Assembly: GCA_964557375.1 (NCBI GenBank)
Contig: CAZKZZ010000005.1
Coordinates: 612 to 64,611, forward strand
Length of the DNA: 64,000 nt
Direction: 5' to 3'
Origin: an uncultured Spirochaetales bacterium
GTDB lineage: Bacteria; Spirochaetota; Spirochaetia; SPDA01; CAZJBZ01
The position numbers and the translations under genes were made by a program. Shown piece by piece: positions 59,932 to 64,000 of this stretch; position 1 is the first letter of the stretch; each line of letters opens with the position of its first letter. The notes beneath the pieces were generated by a model. The model saw only the letters and a list, made by a program, of their open reading frames with translations, ran no database searches and was not told the DNA's origin.

Positions 59932-62553
59932 TTAAAACAATTCGTAGGTGAAAGATATAACAAAATCAATACCTTCACCCTCTACCAGATCTTCGTTGAA
60001 CATTGATCCTGTCTGCCAGAGGACTTCACCGTCGGATATTTTGAACCGTTTGGTAAAGTAGAATCCGATCGGTAAGCCCGGAATGGTCAACCTGAATCCG
60101 CCCCCGAAACTGAACATAAAATCATCGATTACCATATTTTCTGAAACAATACTGATATCATCTTCCCAAAAGCCGGTTGCGTTGAAAAAGAAATCCCACC
60201 AGAAAAACTGTTCAGATATGGGAATGCGCAGTTCAGCCCAGTTGTTCCAGAGTACTTTTCCCCCGAATTGACGTGGCCATCCCCTGGCTATCAGCATACT
60301 CTCGGTAAAAAGCAGGTCCTGGGTTGTGGCGTCCACTTCATCCAGCCACGGATAGGCCAGAATCATGGAGAAACTGGAACTCAAAGCAAATACCGTTTTA
60401 AAATTCCAGTTTTCAAAAACAGGAATATCGAGCAGGGTCAAATAGAACTCAGCCTTAGAGGAACTTTCCAGGAAGTGGTTCGCCTCTTCGAATACGAGGC
60501 CGGCAAAGTTGAATGATTGTTTTAAATAGACCCCTTTGGACGGTTTGTATATAAAATCTCTCGTATCGAAAGCCGCTGTCAAACCGAGATCATCAATGGG
60601 ACGTAACCTGTCCAAATTGAGCCGCTCGGTGGGGTTATACGGTCTGTATACTGCATCGTCGTATGTCAAATATTTTAATGTGACTTTAGGGCTCGCGCCT
60701 ATCGAGAAACGTCCGATATTGGTATTCCAGCGGTACCCTGTATTCAGTCCTAGAGAGAAATCCCATGAATGGTATTCCATAAGATAAGAATCCGGTATGG
60801 TATCTCCTTCATCCGAGGCGTAGTCATAGTCGGTTTCCAAGTCATATTCTTCTATGTCGTCTTCGCTGGGAATTCCCGGAAACATGTCGCCCGCGTCGTA
60901 GTCGGTCCCATTGTAGGTAGTATCTTCAGAGAACACATAATACCCCTCATACGGGTCGGGTACGCGATTATCGTCGTCTTCGCCGAATACAGGAGGGAGG
61001 ATATCCTGTTTAATGCTTTGAGACAGCTGGTGGGAGACTCCGAGGTCAACTCCAAGAGTAATCCGCTCACCTAAGAACCAGGGATCGGTAAATCCGACAC
61101 TCAGTTTTTGGCGGAGACCGGATGCCTGTAATGAAGAACTCAATTCCAGTCCTCTTCCTAGAAAGTTATTGTCCTTGAGCTGAAGAAACGCCATGACCGG
61201 GAAATCACCTGCAGCTCCGGAGAAGGTTACTCCGAAGTTGAGGTCGATTGTTTTTCCCTCTTCTACGTTTATAATCAGGTCCATCAGACCGTCTACACTG
61301 CCCATCGGGGTGGTAGGCTCGACAACTGAGAAAAGCCCGGTGTTGTAGAGGTTCTGCAGACCCTGCATGACCTTTTTCTTGCTGAACACATCACCCACCT
61401 CGACCGGTAATTCTCTGTTTATGACAAAATCTTTTGTCTTTTCGTTACCCTGAATGACAATGTTCTCGATGTGTGCTCTGCCCTTCTCTACGATTGTTAC
61501 AACGTATGAGACAGTGTTGTTCTCTTCATCCCGGATTTCTTCTTTGGTTATTACATTATAGATATAACCGTTGTCATAGTAGATGTCGTTGATTCGGGCA
61601 AAGTCTGCTTCGAACTTTTTCTTATCGAGAATATCACCTTCATCGAGCCGGACCACTTCTTCCAACTCTTCATTAGTGAAGAGAACGTTCCCCTCGAACT
61701 CGATTCCTCCGTAGGTCCATTGTTCTCCTTCTTCGATATAGAGTGTTAGATTGATGAAGTTTTTAGTCTCGTCCTTTGCATCCTCGAAGGGAGTTTTCAC
61801 AACATCGACAACCTGTGCGTCTATATATCCTTTTTCCCAATAGTAGAGCTGTATTTTCTGGATATCTTCTTCGATCTTGCTCTCTTGATACACTCCGGTG
61901 GAAAAGATTGACTGCGCTTTTGTGGTCATTACCCGCCGGAGGGTGCCGTCGGAAGCAAAGGAGTTCCCGGAAAACTCGATATTTTTTATTTTCGTCTGTT
62001 TCCCTTCATCTATGGTAAATGTAACGGTTGCCGTATTGGTCTCTTCATCCTTTTCTATTGAACCGTCCACCTCGACATCGGGAAAACCCCGCTCGAGATA
62101 GAGGTCCCGGATAGCTTCAGTATCCAGCTTTACCTTGGTTCTATTGACCATATCGCCCTTTTTTAGAAGTACGGCATCGAGAATTTCGGGTTTTCTCAGG
62201 GAAGAGTTGCCAATAATATTGATTTCTTCGATGATCGGACGCTCCGTTACTTCGAATTCGATAATAATTGAGTTGTAGTCTTCATCTCCCGGTTTTGCAT
62301 TGGGCACAAATAGTTCAAAGAAATCTAAGGCGTAGAGTTTACTCTGCAGTTCTAAAAACAGTTCATCTGTAAAATTTTTACCGATATACGGGTCAACAAT
62401 TCCTCGAAGCTCATTTTCAGAGACATGTTCGAGGCCTTTGAACTGAATGTCTTTGATCGGTTTACCCACATACCAATCTGATGATTCCTGGGCAAAGAGG
62501 GTAAACGGTGTAAAAAGCAATACTATAAGAAAAGGAAGCACATACCAGCGCAT
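59932..62553 (-). CDS. bamA: outer membrane protein assembly factor BamA
   Basis: Signal peptide, five POTRA-like repeats (I..I.F.G....), and a C-terminal Omp85 barrel ending in an aromatic beta-signal (...SFTYELF). Confidence 0.93.
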   Translation of the reverse strand: MRWYVLPFLIVLLFTPFTLFAQESSDWYVGKPIKDIQFKGLEHVSENELRGIVDPYIGKNFTDELFLELQSKLYALDFFELFVPNAKPGDEDYNSIIIEFEVTERPIIEEINIIGNSSLRKPEILDAVLLKKGDMVNRTKVKLDTEAIRDLYLERGFPDVEVDGSIEKDEETNTATVTFTIDEGKQTKIKNIEFSGNSFASDGTLRRVMTTKAQSIFSTGVYQESKIEEDIQKIQLYYWEKGYIDAQVVDVVKTPFEDAKDETKNFINLTLYIEEGEQWTYGGIEFEGNVLFTNEELEEVVRLDEGDILDKKKFEADFARINDIYYDNGYIYNVITKEEIRDEENNTVSYVVTIVEKGRAHIENIVIQGNEKTKDFVINRELPVEVGDVFSKKKVMQGLQNLYNTGLFSVVEPTTPMGSVDGLMDLIINVEEGKTIDLNFGVTFSGAAGDFPVMAFLQLKDNNFLGRGLELSSSLQASGLRQKLSVGFTDPWFLGERITLGVDLGVSHQLSQSIKQDILPPVFGEDDDNRVPDPYEGYYVFSEDTTYNGTDYDAGDMFPGIPSEDDIEEYDLETDYDYASDEGDTIPDSYLMEYHSWDFSLGLNTGYRWNTNIGRFSIGASPKVTLKYLTYDDAVYRPYNPTERLNLDRLRPIDDLGLTAAFDTRDFIYKPSKGVYLKQSFNFAGLVFEEANHFLESSSKAEFYLTLLDIPVFENWNFKTVFALSSSFSMILAYPWLDEVDATTQDLLFTESMLIARGWPRQFGGKVLWNNWAELRIPISEQFFWWDFFFNATGFWEDDISIVSENMVIDDFMFSFGGGFRLTIPGLPIGFYFTKRFKISDGEVLWQTGSMFNEDLVEGEGIDFVISFTYELF

Positions 62554-62565
62554 ATAATCTCCTGT

Positions 62566-64000
62566 CTAAAAAGAAAATCCCCATGAAAGTGCTAATCTAA
62601 CCCCAGGAGGTTTTCCGAATAAATCTTGTACGTTTGGCAAAAATGTCAATTCGAGGAGTGCGAGAGGTGTTTTCCACTCCACACTGATCTCGGTGTCGAT
62701 TGTAAAGCCTTCGTCAGCATAATTTTCTTCGTATGTCGGGTCATTTACCCGAAGACTGACCATCGCTTCTAAGAAAATATCTTCACTTAGATACTTTCCC
62801 AGGAATACCGTGGTGTTGTCAAGATATCTGCCGAAATTCGTGTTCGGGTCGGCATATTGGGGCCCCACATTTTCTCCAAAAACACCAGCGAGCAGTAGAT
62901 TCTCGATCATTTGTGTCCGGATAGAGAAAAGATCGAGGTTTAACAGTTCTTTTATTTTGGCCTCGAAGGAGCGCATAAAACGCAGTTGACTAAAAATATA
63001 CCCTCCGGTATGTACTAAAGCGGAGCTGACCCGCATTTCTTCTCCGCCCAGCTCTGTTACCAGGCTCTGTCCTAAGAGTGCAAAAATCTCGGTATTGGAA
63101 AGAGGCGGCTGGGACTCGAATTTTGGAGTGAAATTGCTCAATCGAGTGTTGTCTGCAACGAGAAAAATACTTACATCCTCGCCTGTTGACGTTATTTCCC
63201 GCAGTTCCGCCCTTGCATTGAGTACCGGATCGAAACGGTCCTGATTTTCATTGAACGTAATACTCCCTTCACGGAGGAAAAAGCTCCTGCTGAAGTAGTA
63301 AATCTGGCCCCCTCTGATCTCGATATCCCCTTTTACGCTGTACGTGCCCTGGGTATTATCGAACGTAACATCGAGTGATTCGTCCGTATCGATATTTGTT
63401 CTCAGAATTGGAAACTCATTCGTAGGCCAGAGAAACTCGACATTTCTTCCAGAAACGATCGAGAGATCAATGATCTGACTGAAACGGGGCTTCCCTTTCG
63501 GCGGTTTTTTCTCGCCGAGTGTGATTGTCGTCGAATGAGCACGTATATCTCCGGTCACCTTCGCTCCTGAGAAATCTCCATCTATGTGCAGTTCTCCCGA
63601 GGCAAATCCGTCGACGTTAATCCGGCCGAACTGGTTTTCAACCGGGACGATACTCGAACCGAGCGTGTATAGTGATATGCTGTACGTTGATGGAATCCAG
63701 TGGTCGATAATGAAATCTACTTCAGCTGCAACTTCTCCTGTTTGAACAGGTACCACCGCTCGCGGGATGGAAAACTCCTTACCGTCAAAGGTGAGGGAGG
63801 CTGTAAAAGGCCCGAGGTCTACAGGAATAATCGGATTTTCTGCAACCGCTTTGTCTACTGTGAGTATTCCGTTAAAGTCGGGATCGTTTATCGAACCTGT
63901 AATATTCATCTCTCCTGAGGCGACTCCCTTTTTGAGATCAAAAAACGGAATGTTCAAAAATGTATTAAGCGCTTCGAAATCGAATTTAGTAACGGTAAGA
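62566..64000 (-). CDS. tamB: translocation and assembly module protein TamB (C-terminal part; continues beyond window)
   Basis: Beta-rich DUF490-type C-terminus ending LALSWGFSF. The frame stays open to position 64000, and the track start (63957) is only an internal TTG. Sits immediately upstream of bamA. Confidence 0.8.
   Translation of the reverse strand, partial: LTVTKFDFEALNTFLNIPFFDLKKGVASGEMNITGSINDPDFNGILTVDKAVAENPIIPVDLGPFTASLTFDGKEFSIPRAVVPVQTGEVAAEVDFIIDHWIPSTYSISLYTLGSSIVPVENQFGRINVDGFASGELHIDGDFSGAKVTGDIRAHSTTITLGEKKPPKGKPRFSQIIDLSIVSGRNVEFLWPTNEFPILRTNIDTDESLDVTFDNTQGTYSVKGDIEIRGGQIYYFSRSFFLREGSITFNENQDRFDPVLNARAELREITSTGEDVSIFLVADNTRLSNFTPKFESQPPLSNTEIFALLGQSLVTELGGEEMRVSSALVHTGGYIFSQLRFMRSFEAKIKELLNLDLFSIRTQMIENLLLAGVFGENVGPQYADPNTNFGRYLDNTTVFLGKYLSEDIFLEAMVSLRVNDPTYEENYADEGFTIDTEISVEWKTPLALLELTFLPNVQDLFGKPPGVRLALSWGFSF

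Overview
This looks like a core-chromosome segment from a diderm bacterium, most likely a spirochaete. The evidence is a roughly 890-aa long-form GreA, a tamB-bamA-skp cluster, LptF/G, cmk-rpsA adjacency, and a full mreBCD-mrdA-rodA set. I cannot name the species from sequence alone.

The window holds about 55 tightly packed CDSs in four strand blocks: + 1-16104, - 16119-33571, + 33646-38635, and - 38674-64000.
- Block 1: MBL-fold hydrolase (5' partial), mltG, dnaG, rpoD, a COG1579 zinc-ribbon protein, RNase P RNA (rnpB, the only RNA gene I can support), a TPR protein, mreB-mreC-mreD-mrdA-rodA, and a fused TIGR03960/TIGR03936-type radical SAM protein.
- Block 2: rpe, three uncharacterised envelope proteins, dtd, recA, folK, scpA, scpB, rluB, cmk, rpsA, a GAF/sigma-54 activator, a YfgM-like TPR protein, a CHASE2 adenylate cyclase, a lipoprotein, a YeaQ-like protein and mazG.
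- Block 3: a TPR-like protein, the giant GreA, and a vWA membrane protein.
- Block 4: tamB (partial), bamA, skp, mutS, comF, rimP-nusA-infB-rbfA-truB-ribF-rpsO-pnp, an M16 peptidase, dut, lptF, lptG, tgt, murJ and a HEAT-repeat protein.

I found no rRNA, tRNA, CRISPR array, transposase, integrase, phage genes or recognisable defence genes. This is an ordinary housekeeping region, and I see no convincing novel multi-gene system.

The observations most worth a second look are:
- the plus-strand island coupling the giant GreA (with a CarD-like insert) to a vWA-TM-FHA-like protein;
- a GAF/sigma-54 activator with a GAFTDA loop sitting next to a class IIIb CHASE2 adenylate cyclase;
- a three-gene uncharacterised envelope cluster;
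- unusual appendages on PNPase (pentapeptide RGG-like repeats), NusA (a C-terminal zinc ribbon), RibF (a degenerate kinase half) and RNase P RNA (a perfect 40-nt palindrome).

Many ORF-track starts are non-ATG or too long, and I have adjusted them where junction logic supports a different start.
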